A DNA stretch of 64,000 nucleotides from Callorhinchus milii (Eukaryota): the NCBI RefSeq assembly GCF_018977255.1, contig NW_024704758.1, positions 13,888,001-13,952,000 on the forward strand, in the 5' to 3' direction. The position numbers were made by a program, and so were the translations under genes. This document shows, piece after piece, positions 49,401 through 61,100 of this stretch (position 1 is the stretch's first letter; each line of letters opens with the position of its first letter). The notes beneath the pieces are model-generated. The model was given only the letters and a program-made list of their open reading frames with translations. It had not been told where the DNA came from and did not search any database.

Positions 49401-51114
49401 AGGTTCTTTCTTCCCGGTCACTTACGTTGCTGCCCTGGAGTAATGGCTGGCTGACTCAGTCAATTTCAGGCTCACTGAAATATAGCTTGAAGTCCGTTGT
49501 CTTCACAGAGAAAACCAACAGCCTCTTGCGCAGAAAAACAGTCTGACAGGCATCTGCACGTACCATGCTGACAGGAACAAGTCGCACTCGAGGGTGTTAA
49601 ACTTCAAAAGGGGATCAAACAATCATGAAAGGTTGCAATTTATTCACACCAGTAAACATACAAAGCAAGGAGAGATTACAAGAAAAGTTTGGATGAAGAA
49701 ATTAGGCCCATTTAATCTCATACTTTTGAATCCCCACTCCCCTAATCATCTTCCCATTATAATACTAATAATGTTTAATGATGATTTGATATAGAGTCTT
49801 TTGCACATCAGCAGGTTATCCCAAAGTGCTTCACAGGACCTACATATTCCAACCTTAGTGGTGAATGAGTAGATAACTAAAGAGTATTTGATAGTAGAAA
49901 AGTGTAGATCACATGCCTCATTATATCAAGTCCAATTACTAATGTGGCCAGTTTAGCTTACGCGTATATTCACAGTAACGCAATTTCTCTACAGGGACAT
50001 TTTAAGGACTAAAGAATATAAATGAAACTAGCAAGGATAGTAAATTTCTAGCAAAGTAAAATGATTACTTACTGGTTTCAAAAAAGGTTATAAATTGGAT
50101 AACTATGATCAGCCGGTGGTAGCAAACTCACCATTAACCACCTTTATGTAAGATTTCTGCTGCTGCTAAATTCAGACTCCTTGAAAAGTGCACTCAGAAA
50201 ATCCCATCCCTAGCATTACATTTTGCCCCAAAAAATACACAGTCAACTCACTTTACAGTATATTCTGTGAAATGCTCTGAGACACTCAGTGACGTGATAC
50301 GGCGCTGTATCAAATGCAAGGATTCTTATTATTATCCTTACCAAAGGCAATACCAAATTGGTTTAGGGAGGAAGGCTTCTATTGAAATCATCTAGCCTCC
50401 CTTTATCTTTGAAAACAGACGTCAAACAAATAGCATGATGCTGTTTTAAAATAAATACTCCAGCCATTACAAGGCAGATTTGCCTTGACTCTATCTTTGG
50501 GATAGTATGTGAATTATTTAAGTACTGTGGATATATTGTATTAATAAAAACCAGGCAAATACAAGAATTGTTTACTGTGCAGAAAATTCATTTAAAAATT
50601 TGGCTATAAGTCACAGTGATTGTACTTGTGAATAAGACTTATTCTCCATTGGCATTTGTACCTTCATCGCAGTCTCGACTGGTTGTCAACATCTATAAAT
50701 CTCTGCACTTCCAGCTGTTCTGACAACAGGCAGGCATCCCAAAGGAATTGAACCTGGCTCAAAAATGCAATGAAAGTGTTTAAAGTCGAATATATTTATG
50801 GATATGAAAATCTAATGGAAGTCAGATTCCACTATATCACAGAATGAAAAAATACCGCTGTCTGTTTTTACACACCGGTATATTTCTATCCCATGATATA
50901 ACAGAAATAACTTCTATTGATGCCTGGAGCCCACAGCACTGAATGACTCATGACACTCATTAAACACCTCACCTTCAATCAATGTGCAAGAGACATCCAA
51001 TGTCTCGCACTCTAGGTGTCAATTTGAAGTCGACACTTAAGTATATTGACTGAAAACTCTTCAGAAGTTTCACAGAAGCTCTGAGACATTTCTTCTGCTG
51101 TCAAAGCTATAATA

Positions 51115-51300
51115 AACCTTATATTTGCTAAAGCGCATTTTCACATCTTCGAGACGTCTCAAAGCGCTTCACAGAATATACTGTAAACAACAACAAGAAG
51201 ATTACACTTGTACAGCGCCTTTCACGTCGGGAGATGTCCCAAGGCGCTGAAAGGTGAATTGACTGTGTATTTTGTGTATTTTGTGGGTGGAACGTGTTTC
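51115..51300 (-). mobile_element. SINE 3' part interrupted by a 66-bp L2 tail
   Basis: GAATATACTGTAAA[CAACAACAAG...AAGGCGCTGAAAG]GTGAATTGACTGTG. Confidence 0.85.
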
Positions 51301-51949
51301 TTTGTGCGAAAGCTGCTTCGTAAATGCAAGTTGATCCAAAAGAAATGGAAATACAATGATTGAAAATTAACAGTCTGTGAAACTCATACTTTAATGGAGT
51401 CTGTGATGGTGGGACACACAAACCACACTGCGGTATTTCACAACGTAATGATGTGTTTGTGGCTTCGCTGCAGAAGCTTTCTTAATTGTATTTTTGATGT
51501 CTTTCAACTGATGAAATACACAACCTGAATAATTGATAGGGGTAATCAACCCCTGGGTTTGCAAATGCTGTTGCATCAGTGGCTTTCTGGGCTGTAACTG
51601 AGACTTATTCTTCTGACGTTACACTCGATGGAAACCCAAAGCTGCATTATTGTATTTAGATGTGAATTCAAGAGAGAGAGAGAGCCTCGGAAATGATATT
51701 CTTTTTTTCTGAAGTCAGAGTTGAAACATTTATTTTGATTGACTCAACCTTTCTTTTATTCTGTCATATTCCTGTCGCCTTTGTTTGACATTTTAAATGA
51801 TTGAGCATTGCTCTCTGTCACCACCGATGCTGGCTGAGAACGTAGGAGGAATCATTTAAGCCATCGTTATGAATAAACTGCATAAGCATTTTAAATAATA
51901 AAAGCTCTGACATCTTCACCAATGTTAATTCAGCTTCCTGACATTTTCA

Positions 51950-52130
51950 TATTTCGAAAAGAATGTTGAACTTAATCATAATTAGCATAAAGATCTTAAA
52001 TTTATTGCCTTGAGTTATTCACTCCTTAACCAGTGGAAATAGTTTCTCCATATTTATTTAGTCAAAACCCCACATTCACTATCAATTCTCCTGTTTTGTT
52101 CCAGTGAAAACCACCTCAGTGTGTTTTTTC
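51950..52130 (-). mobile_element. Degenerate CR1 fragment
   Basis: TTAAATTTATTGCCTTGAGTTATTCACTCCTTAACCAGTGGAAATAGTTTCTCC is an antisense EKLFPLV motif. Confidence 0.55.
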
Positions 52131-52676
52131 CTCGAGTCTCCTCAAGACACAGGATAAAAGTTCTTTAAAGGAACTTTGTGCTGAGACGTTTAATCGATTC
52201 TGGAAAACTTAAGCATTAGTGCACATTACGCAAACAGACTCAATAAAGGTTCAATCTGCTACCGTGAGATATTTTTAAGCACCTTATTTTCGATCTAATG
52301 AGAAATAATGCTGATCTATAGCCATAAAAATGCTAAGGAAACTTTTGGGGTGAGAAATCTGTCATAGTGTGAAGTGTAATAACGTTAATGGGATGTGCTG
52401 ACAGAGTTATTCAGCCTTGTCAACGAACATTGTCAAAGTCACTTAGCAACTTGAGTATTTTGCACCCATTTTGTACTGTGTTTGTGAGCATTTGTTCCTG
52501 GCTGCATGGTTTCCGGTGTTTCACAGCAATGCTTCACTTTGTTCTGCTAATGTTTGATAACAGGCTTTCCTTATATCCCACCCTGCGGTAAAGATGCAAA
52601 TCAGTGTACCTAATTAAATAATTGGTAGTCAAGTGCCATTAAAGTATGAGACTGGAGCTGTAAGAGTTGTCACTGT

Positions 52677-53063
52677 GGCAGCCGGGCTCTATTGGTAGCA
52701 TTCTCATCTCTTGGTCAGAAGGTTGTAGGTTCAAGCCTTATGTTGACACTCCAAAGCAATTCTGGGGAGTGCTGAATTGTCGGAGGTGCTGTATTGCGAT
52801 GAGATATTAAATCTGCCTGTTCAGGTCAATGGGACGCCAAGGGACTATTCAAAAAGACTAGAGGGTTTCTCCTGGTTTCCTGGCCATTCAGTTCATGGCT
52901 GTTTGTAGGACATTGCTGTGTGCAAATTGACTTCCAAATTCATCTATAAAAAGCACAGTCATTGCTTAGAACTTGCATTACTTCACCCTAAAAGGCCTGT
53001 GAAGTGCTTTGCGATGCCTTCCCAATGTGAAAGGCGCTATATCAAATGCAAGGATTATTATTA
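52677..53063 (+). mobile_element. Full-length Deu-SINE (SacSINE1/AmnSINE1-like body)
   Basis: tRNA head (TTGGTAGCA...GGTTGTAGGTTCAAGCC), GAGTGCTGAATTGTCGGAGGTGC, Deu core GCTGTTTGTAGGACATTGCTGTGTGCAAATTG, L2-type tail. Confidence 0.85.
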
Positions 53064-53694
53064 TTTTCTTCTTGTCTGTCTGCAACAGATCACACAAAAA
53101 GTCAACCACAAAGCAACATAGGGAATTCATCCTTAATTCAACCCGATTAAAGCTCGAGTCTTAACGTTATTACATTTCTCGCCCGCTGAAGGAAAACTGT
53201 ACGTGATCCTAAAAGCTTGTGAAAAGAATCTAGCACCTGAATAAAATACAGCACATCACACTTACAGCGAGACAATCTGTCAATTTCTTCAGCTGACACA
53301 GCGTAATGGGATAAAACCAACAATAGGTGTGACTTTTTAATAAAAGCTCCAGGTTTTGTGAAATACGGGGTGCAGTGTTTATTAGAAGAGAAATGTGAGA
53401 TGCACCTGATGTGTTTGTAAGCTCAGATCTTTATCTGGAACAGTTTGTAATTCCATCAGGATGGGAGAGAGCACTGGAGTGTGAGCGGCACTGAAACCCG
53501 GGCTGGTAGGAGCAGGTTACACACATGACATTCTGTACCAGGAGCTAAGATGACCACTGTGCTATTATCAGCAGCTGTTAGGCACCAGTCAGCCACCCCT
53601 CCTGACACCTATCAGCAGTGAGATATAATAGGGAGGTCTGAGTCCATTGCCACCAGTGGTGGGTCCTGGATATGGGTCCTGTCAGACTCTGCCA

Positions 53695-53868
53695 CTCTCA
53701 AGCACTCTAGGACACTACCCCACGTGAAGGACGCTGTATAAATGCAAGCTGTTGTTGTTGGTGTTTGCCCTGTCACTTTCAATGAAGTGTCACTCCTGAA
53801 ATGTTCACAACAACTTGCATTTATATAGCGCTCTTCATGCTGAGTTAATGTCTCATCCCGGAGCATTT
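53695..53868. mobile_element. Two L2-type tails, tail-to-tail
   Basis: ...GTGAAGGACGCTGTATAAATGCAAGCTGTTGTTGTTG (+) and CAACAACTTGCATTTATATAGCGCTCTTCATG (-). Confidence 0.8.
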
Positions 53869-53959
53869 AACAAGGATGGGGACTTGTATCTATACCCCCT
53901 GGTTACATTAAAAATATTCACCTTCCAATTAGTAACTGAGTCGAGGGTGGGAGGAGAAT

Positions 53960-54165
53960 CAACAACAACAATTTGCATTTATATAGCCCCTTCACTTGGG
54001 GCAGTATCTCAAAGCGCTGTACAGTGGTGGAGCATGACGCTGAGCCGGGGGNAGAAGGTGAGCATAAGCTCGGTCAAAGAGGAAAGTCTTTCGTCCTGAT
54101 CTGAAAGAGGGGGAGGAGAGGGCAAGGCGGAGGGAATGGGTGAGAGAGTTCCAAAGCTTCGGGGG
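53960..54165 (-). mobile_element. L2 3' end
   Basis: (AAC)n tail then antisense KLWNSLTHSLRLALSSPSFRSGRKTFLFDRAY. Confidence 0.85.
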
Positions 54166-54864
54166 GGGTGGGGGGGTGGGTAAATCAAACCTCATCCTCC
54201 AGACTGTTGCTGTTAATACACCAATACATCATACCACCCCACAGCTCTATACTCTGTTTAAAAAAAAATGCCACAAAGGCCACGTACACAGAGTTAGATT
54301 GACGGTCTTCAGGGTAATATATTCTCCTTAATTGAGTTTGGCTCTTGTGCTGGAGGCACCACTCCAGTCACAGAAACATTGCACCTATTTATAATACTCC
54401 AATCAGCCAAGTCCAGGTTATCGCTTTGATCTTCCAACACAGAACTCTTTATTGAGAGATGAAAGGAATCGTTGGGAGCCAAACAGCAGTTGCACTTTAA
54501 TCAAGATAGTGCAACGTTAGTTAACGTCGCAGGGAAGGTCTAGTGGTTTGTTTTGGATGTGTGCGCATCATGTTGGCTTTTGCTTTTAAAAAACAATCAA
54601 GCTCAAGATTCATTGATAACCAAATTTACGCAGCAAGGTGGTCTCCAGGTGAAAGTCATGTCAAACCCTCTTTTAAATGTTAAAACTATTAATTGAATAT
54701 AAAACAAATTTAAAAATGTTATTACTTCTGGGGTGATTGTTAATTCAGTGCCTGGCATAGTGATGTGTTGGCGGGAAGATAATATTTTTTCAGTCAATGG
54801 ATCTATCATTTGTTCAGGTAATAAACTGCAAGCATAAAAATGCCTTTCATGTCACTGACAGATT

Positions 54865-55128
54865 TGAGGCCTGAAATTCCACGTAGTTCCAGCTTAGCTA
54901 CAGTACCAAATTGCCTTAACATTTAAGATTGTGCAGAATTGCAGAAAAGTCTTCAATGCAGTCTAAATGCAGTCTTAATATATTTAGCATTTGGGTCTTT
55001 TTTTTAAGTAATGCAGAAAACTTCAAGAAGACTGCCAAATTCAAGACTGAATTGCAGAATTTTCTGCATGTCCTTATATTTTAAGATGTTGTTCTCAACG
55101 CTTAGACCATAAGAAATTTGAAGCCTCA
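54865..55128. mobile_element. Degenerate palindromic element (MITE-like)
   Basis: Ends TGAGGCCTGAAATT and AATTTGAAGCCTCA; inner arms 54915-54964 and 55029-55085 are complementary. Confidence 0.65.
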
Positions 55129-55469
55129 TCTTTCGTTGTTTAAGATGCAGCACAAATGTATTTGATTTTACCCGATCTCTCACTCCCCCATCCTCAGATA
55201 AAAGATTCTGCCAATCTTGCCATTACCAATCAGTCTGTGGGAGACCTGATTCAAGCAGGCTGAAACACAGTTAGATTTTATTTTTCCAACCTCGTGTAAA
55301 TGTCTCTCGCTGCCAGGAGCTCCAATCTAAGCCAAACTAATTTGATTCCCAAGAGCTTGAGACAGCCAACACGGCAAGCACACACCGGTCAGCGTACATT
55401 ACCAACGTAAATATTATTCAGTTCGAGAAGTGGCCCGTTCACATGATTTAAGAGGCAGCGGTTTCAGCC

Positions 55470-55598
55470 ACTTGAATCAATGATGAGATAGAGAAATAGC
55501 AAGAGACATACTCTGCCTGATAGCAGCACAGTTCCTATCACTACAACGTCAAGTGATGGAACAGCACAATTGCCTCTTCGACTGAGTAATATTCAAGT
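55470..55598 (+). ncRNA. Box C/D snoRNA-like candidate (orphan)
   Basis: C box ATGATGA 55480, D' CTGA 55517, C'-like GTGATGG 55553, D CTGA 55582; 8-bp terminal stem ACTTGAAT/ATTCAAGT. Confidence 0.25.
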
Positions 55599-56399
55599 AG
55601 AATCCCGGCACTTGGCTGAGCCAGCAGCAATCGAGGGAATTGAAATGACTTTAACTGCACTTTAACACGAGTTGGTTTGCTTTGTACATTAATGAGAATT
55701 GTGAGTTTCTCAGTCGAGAAAAGATTGGATAGCATAGGTACTAATCACAAGACCTATTGCTTTGACGCATCTCATCCTGGGGAGGGACTCCTTGTGTTTC
55801 CAATTCCAATTTCTCTTCCCTTTCCCCAAGATTAGTTCCCTATCTCAGCTGTGAGAGCAGTGTGAAGCATTGAGTGAGCGATGAGCAGGCTCCTCTCACC
55901 AGAGTCATCTCTTCTCTGCGCTAATAATAATTGTTTAGTTGGGGCAGTAGGTCCACAGGGCTGAACCAATTTTAAATGCAACGAAAATGATGTGCTTCCA
56001 GTGTGTTGTTTCTAACCATTATCCTTGCATTTGATGAAGTGCCTCTCACACTGTGAAAGGACATCACAAAGCACTTTACTGTGAGGTGTAGTGACTACTT
56101 ATTGTGTACTTAATTTATCTTGTCTGCAGAACTGAAGGAGGCTGTTTTCCTTTGAAGAAGGCTGCCTGAAACAGCTAACAGTGATATGCAGGTCCCATAT
56201 GAACAAAAGAGTATAGGGTCTTCATCAACTCATTGTGCAGCCAGACAGCTGGACAAGCAGACAGATCAATAGATTTTTCAATTACAGATGACAACACTGT
56301 CTACTTGCTCAAGGTCACTGTTGCATTGATGTTGAATTTTGTAACACTCGGTGGTTCTTGATAATGTGAAACATCAAATTCGGCCGCCTGAACAATACA

Positions 56400-56580
56400 G
56401 GAATAGATTTCTTCCCTTCGCCTTTGCAGGTTCCCGTCTCCTGCACAGAAGATTCAGTTCAGCAAACCACAGGGGTATGGGCAGGGAAATAGTACAGAAA
56501 GTATTGCTCTAAAAAGAGCCAGCACAGGCACGATGGGCCAAATGGCATTTCTTTCATGCTGTGAATTTCTATGGTTCTAA
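56400..56580 (+). mobile_element. CR1 3' UTR fragment
   Basis: GGGGTATGGGCAGGG...GAGCCAGCACAGGCACGATGGGCCAAATGGC...TTCTATGGTTCTA. Confidence 0.65.
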
Positions 56581-58961
56581 ATTTGAGATTGTGGTCCAGC
56601 CATCAGTAGCAAATATAAGCAATGATTTATTTATGCCATCTAGGAAACGTGTTTAAACCTCAACGCAGGTCTGTTTAAAAACGCCAGGTAATAATACAGT
56701 AAACGTCTGTTCAGACCTGTTACTCAGGACTCCATCAATGAATCAATTATATCAAATGGGTTGAAGGAGTTTCTTCATCCATATCTCTTTTTGGACAACT
56801 AATTAATCTATCACGCTACAAAAAAACAACCTTGGGCTGCCCTCTTGATGGTCAGGTGAAGTAACACATTCACTGACATTGCTTCACAAAGTGCCGATAC
56901 GTCTCAGAGTACCAGAATTTTTCTTTAAGTTTAAAAGTTCCCTTTGCGTTGCGTTGCAGTGTTATTATACTGCTGCATTTGCATCGATTACAAAATCACC
57001 CCCTGGAGGTGTTTGTAGGAGCAAGGCTCCAAATCCAATTGATGCCAATTAGGCTAGACTTGTACAGTGTTAGTATTAATTCAACTTGAAAACTGCATTA
57101 AATTAATGCAAACCGTGTCGTACAATGGGAATAAGTGAGTGAGCCGGCTTCGACTTATCTTCCACGGAGGAAACTAAGCACTCCATGTTTATGTTGCACA
57201 AGTGAATCCTGTTTCAATAAACAAAATGCTTATGCTCAAAATTACCTTGATTTGCAAGGTCACATCCTCCTTCCCCCACCCTAAAACCCTCCCCTACAGT
57301 ATACCACAACTTCAAAGTACTTGTGCTTTTTCTGGCTCTGTGTGGCCCCCACACATACCCCAAAGCACATGTTTAAAAGACTCCTCTCACCCACTTCAAT
57401 GGAAATGTCACAAAAGATATTCAAATGATGCAAATCTTGCGATGAAAACTTGTTAATTAAAGCATGGATGAATTAGTTAGATCTCCTTCAACTCTGCCCT
57501 GTTTATTCCCATCTATAATGTCACTAAAACAAGCTGTCACAGGAATACCAGGACTCAGCACAGGTTCAATATTCTGACCACAACAGGAATTCAGGAGTTT
57601 TTCAATGTATATTTTTTTTAGGAGTTTAAGACGGTTACGTTTGCTACTTTTCACCGTGAATGTTTAACTAGCGAAGGGCCCTATATTAATGCAAGCTGTT
57701 ATGAAAAGCTTGTGGATAATTTGGCATACAAGTTTCTATGTATTAGCGTCAAATGCAAGAGAGCAGCTCAGATGGCTGAAACTTTGCAGTTTCTCTCCTC
57801 TCTCTGGAGAAGCAGTTCTCTGAGCTCGTCTTCATTCCCAGAGGCACAACCATAGATCAGACGTTTACCAAGTGGAGAATCAGAGGAAAACTTGTATCCC
57901 ACCAATACAGTGCACTGCATCAGTCTTTGCACAGACATGTCCTTAAAGCTTTTTGCCAGCACAAAATAACAGTGTCAGGAAAGATGACTGATCGCAAAAC
58001 CAAAAATGTGTTGGGAAGGAAAGTGACAACAGCCCAATCCCAGTGTGAATAAATATTGAACCCAGCCCCATCGCCTTCATTATGCCCTTGCGTTTAATGA
58101 ATGTTCACAGCAAAAACATTGCAAATTGCACACAAAACTATCCATCTGTTTCATTAATACCTGTGACAATCTGATAAAGAACGTCTGAGAGTGAGATAAA
58201 GAATGATGCACAAGTGAACTACAGACCAACACATCGGTACATTAGAACAGAATGGACCAACACATGTTGGGTGAGAGAAGGCTCATTTGTGACACCCTCT
58301 CCTCAATTGAATCGACTGCCGACCCTTCCTATCCAGGCTCACACATGGCGAATGGTTATGTGGGTAGGGTAGCCAGTGAACCACGCTGTCTAGAGGAGTC
58401 TTCCTTCTCAGTGTTTAGTGTACAGTTTAAAGATTTGTCAAACGTGCAATGAAGCATACCATTACAGTGCAGGAAAGTCAATTGGAAAGCAAACCTTATA
58501 TAAACCTTTTATATAACCAATGTTAACATTATTTTTTCAGCAGGGTCATGAACGCAATCAACAAATAGAATTTTCATTAACTATGGTGCTATTTGATTTA
58601 CTGAAAGAAAATCATTAAATGCAAAACTAACTCCTAATTATTTAGAAACTGCTGAGTACAGTTGTATCTCTACAGCAATCTCAATGGTTCCATTATTACT
58701 GTACCACAACAGTTAGTGAAACAGAGTCCTGTTATTAATTGCACCTGGTGCTTTTATTGCATCCATAAAATATACACAGCCTGCTGGGTTTCCAGCACAA
58801 AAATAGTAACCTGCTAGTTCTTTCAACGGAAGCGCACTGAATCATCTAAAAAAAGACTGGTCTAATTGTACCATCTAGGTTTTCAATGGTAAAGGTTTCC
58901 GATATGTGCCACTGCTCCACTCAGAGAAAATGTGCGTTGCACCCATTTATTTGGGGTCAGT

Positions 58962-59168
58962 CAGGTGTCTGTCGCAGGCGGGTACTCATCACCGTGTTTA
59001 AGAGCATCCAAACTAAACAGAGTCCCACATATGTACTGCCACCTGCACCAGGAAATCTATTTGTGTCTGGAATGGAATTCACATTCTCTCCCTGGAGGGA
59101 CGCACCCTACTTGCCTAATTCCGGAGAGTATTTAGCAAGAGACAAGGCTTGGGGACCCCGGAGTGCGT
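58962..59168 (+). repeat. Unclassified interspersed repeat, copy 2
   Basis: Aligns with the reverse complement of 46222-46432; the ORF track shows shared peptides KSIQTK and CHLH.EI..CLEWN.HSL. Confidence 0.85.
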
Positions 59169-59964
59169 ACTGGGATACTGCTGAAGTCTAAGCAGTTTAA
59201 ACCACACATATTGCCATTGAGAGCACTGTCTGGCAACCAGTCGTTACAACACAGAAATCTTAACCCATGTTAACTCCTCCTGCTGATAAGTGTCCCTTAA
59301 ATGGTTGGGGTGCTATTTGGAGGTACAGCAACTTGCAAATACAAACTTTGTACCAATAATGGAATATAGATTAAACAGTACATCATGTTATTTCTCTGTT
59401 AACTGGAGATAATCTGGGAGCTGTAATTTGTTTTGAAGATCCTCATCTTTCGCCGGTATTTTCTTTTGTTCAAATCCTTTCATTTAATTACCTCTGAGTA
59501 CAGTGAGCCACTCAAGTCCTTTTCCTACGAGTTTCATCAAATATCTGTTTAACTAACTCCCACACATATGGACACATTTCCAAAGATTACATTAATTGCA
59601 CTGATGTCGAAATTTTATGAATGAAACTATGTCTTAATTAGAAAGACAGAGCCTTCAACATCAGTTGTAATAAGCAAACTTGAAGCTTGTTCCTGGCCTC
59701 TTTGACTACTGCACTTTGCAGTAGCTTTTGGAAGGCTACTGATCTGCGCAGGGATCACAGCTAAACCTAATCCTCTCTTCACTTGATATCCGTTAGGGGA
59801 AAACTCAACATTTTCCCCTCTCTAGCAAACTTTGGCACTCATCTCCAGTTCTTGTGTCTTCAAGCTATGTTGCCCACAGCTGTTCCCGTTACATTGGTTG
59901 TTCTTGCCTGTCTACAGCAGTGGTCCCTTTGAGCCTTTCACTGAAGCAAATCTTATTTGTCATC

Positions 59965-60135
59965 TGAGAAGAGAATCACAGCACAGTACGTTTTCAGCAC
60001 AAAAGAAGCTTATTCACCCATCGTGCCTGTGTTGGCCCATTGTAAGAAATATCTGTTTAGTCACACTCTCCTGCCTGTTCTCCATAGTCTTTTATATTTT
60101 TTCTTTTCAAATATTTAGCGAATTTCCTTTCAAAA
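59965..60135 (-). mobile_element. CR1 3' UTR fragment
   Basis: AATCACAGCACAG...TTATTCACCCATCGTGCCTGTGTTGGC; the opposite-strand counterpart is at 56515-56580. Confidence 0.6.
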
Positions 60136-60149
60136 GCTATAATTTTCTT

Positions 60150-60930
60150 TTAAACTGCAACCACCTGCAGGCCTCCTCGTCATTGGTTGAGACTGCATCA
60201 ACCTCCCTCCAGCTCATGGAGGCTGGCGTGCAATCTCGGTGATTTGTTCGACACTCAACTTTCTTTTAAGCCTTTCACCCAGACCCTGATCAAATCTACT
60301 TCCCTCTACCTCTAGTGTTGCTCAGCTCAGACCCAACCTCAACCCCAGCACAGCCCAAACCCTCAACAACACCTTCATCAGGCTTGACTTCTTTAATACT
60401 TTGCTCATTAGTTTTTATATCTTAACCCCCCACAAGCTCCAGATTATCCAGAACTCTGCAGCCTGCGATCTTTCCTGGACTAGGCTCCATAAGCCCATCA
60501 CCCCAGGCTTGCTAGACTCCACTAGCTCCCTATTCCCCAACAGATTGATTTCAAAACACTTGTTCTACCTTTCAAATATCTCCATCCTTCGCACCCCCTC
60601 CATCAGTGTGATCTCCTGCTGTACTTCTCCATCTGCTCTACTAACTCAGTCCTATTTCACATCCTCTGCCTGTTTAACCCTAACTCTGATACGTGAGTAT
60701 TCATCCACTACCTTGCTCCCTGGAACTCTCTCCCCCAAATCCCCCCCATTCCCTATCCTCCATTTCTGCTTTTAAAACCCTTCTCAAAACCTACCATTGA
60801 TTGCGCCTTTGCTCACTACCCTCCAACCGATCTATCTCTCACTTTGCCCCGTGGCTCCAATCCATCTCTGTGAAGCAGTTTGAAATATTTCCCTACGTGA
60901 AAGGAGCTATATGAAAGCTATTGTTGCTGT
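60150..60930 (+). mobile_element. L2 LINE 3' fragment
   Basis: HKLQIIQNSAACDLSWTRLHKPITPGL, then CCTGGAACTCTCTCCCC and the L2 tail GTGAAAGGAGCTATATGAAAGCTATTGTTG. Confidence 0.85.
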
Positions 60931-60934
60931 GGAT

Positions 60935-61100
60935 TCTGCGTCAACCACCATTTTTGCCACCGCAGTCCATGTCCTATTAAGCCCCTGTGTGTGTGTAAAA
61001 AAAATTCTCTTCACCTCGGCCGTTGTTTCTTTAGCAATAATGATCTTAAGTCTCACTCCAGCAACCGACTCACCAACCAGTGAAAATAGTTTCTCCTGAT
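60935..61100 (-). mobile_element. CR1 ORF2 3' fragment
   Basis: GTCCATGTCCTATTAAGCCCCTGTGT..AAAAAAATTCT and AGTGAAAATAGTTTCTCC are antisense FF.QR...W and KLFSL motifs. Possibly the continuation of 59965-60135, split by the L2 at 60150-60930. Confidence 0.6.

Noticed and set aside
40217-54052. Single N bases at 40217, 45018 and 54052
   Set aside because: Sequencing ambiguities, not biology.
55521-55575. miR-15/16/195-like sequence (TAGCAGCACAG on a hairpin arm)
   Set aside because: The 3' arm lacks the TGTGCTGCT complement, so the seed end is unpaired and it does not form a pre-miRNA fold.
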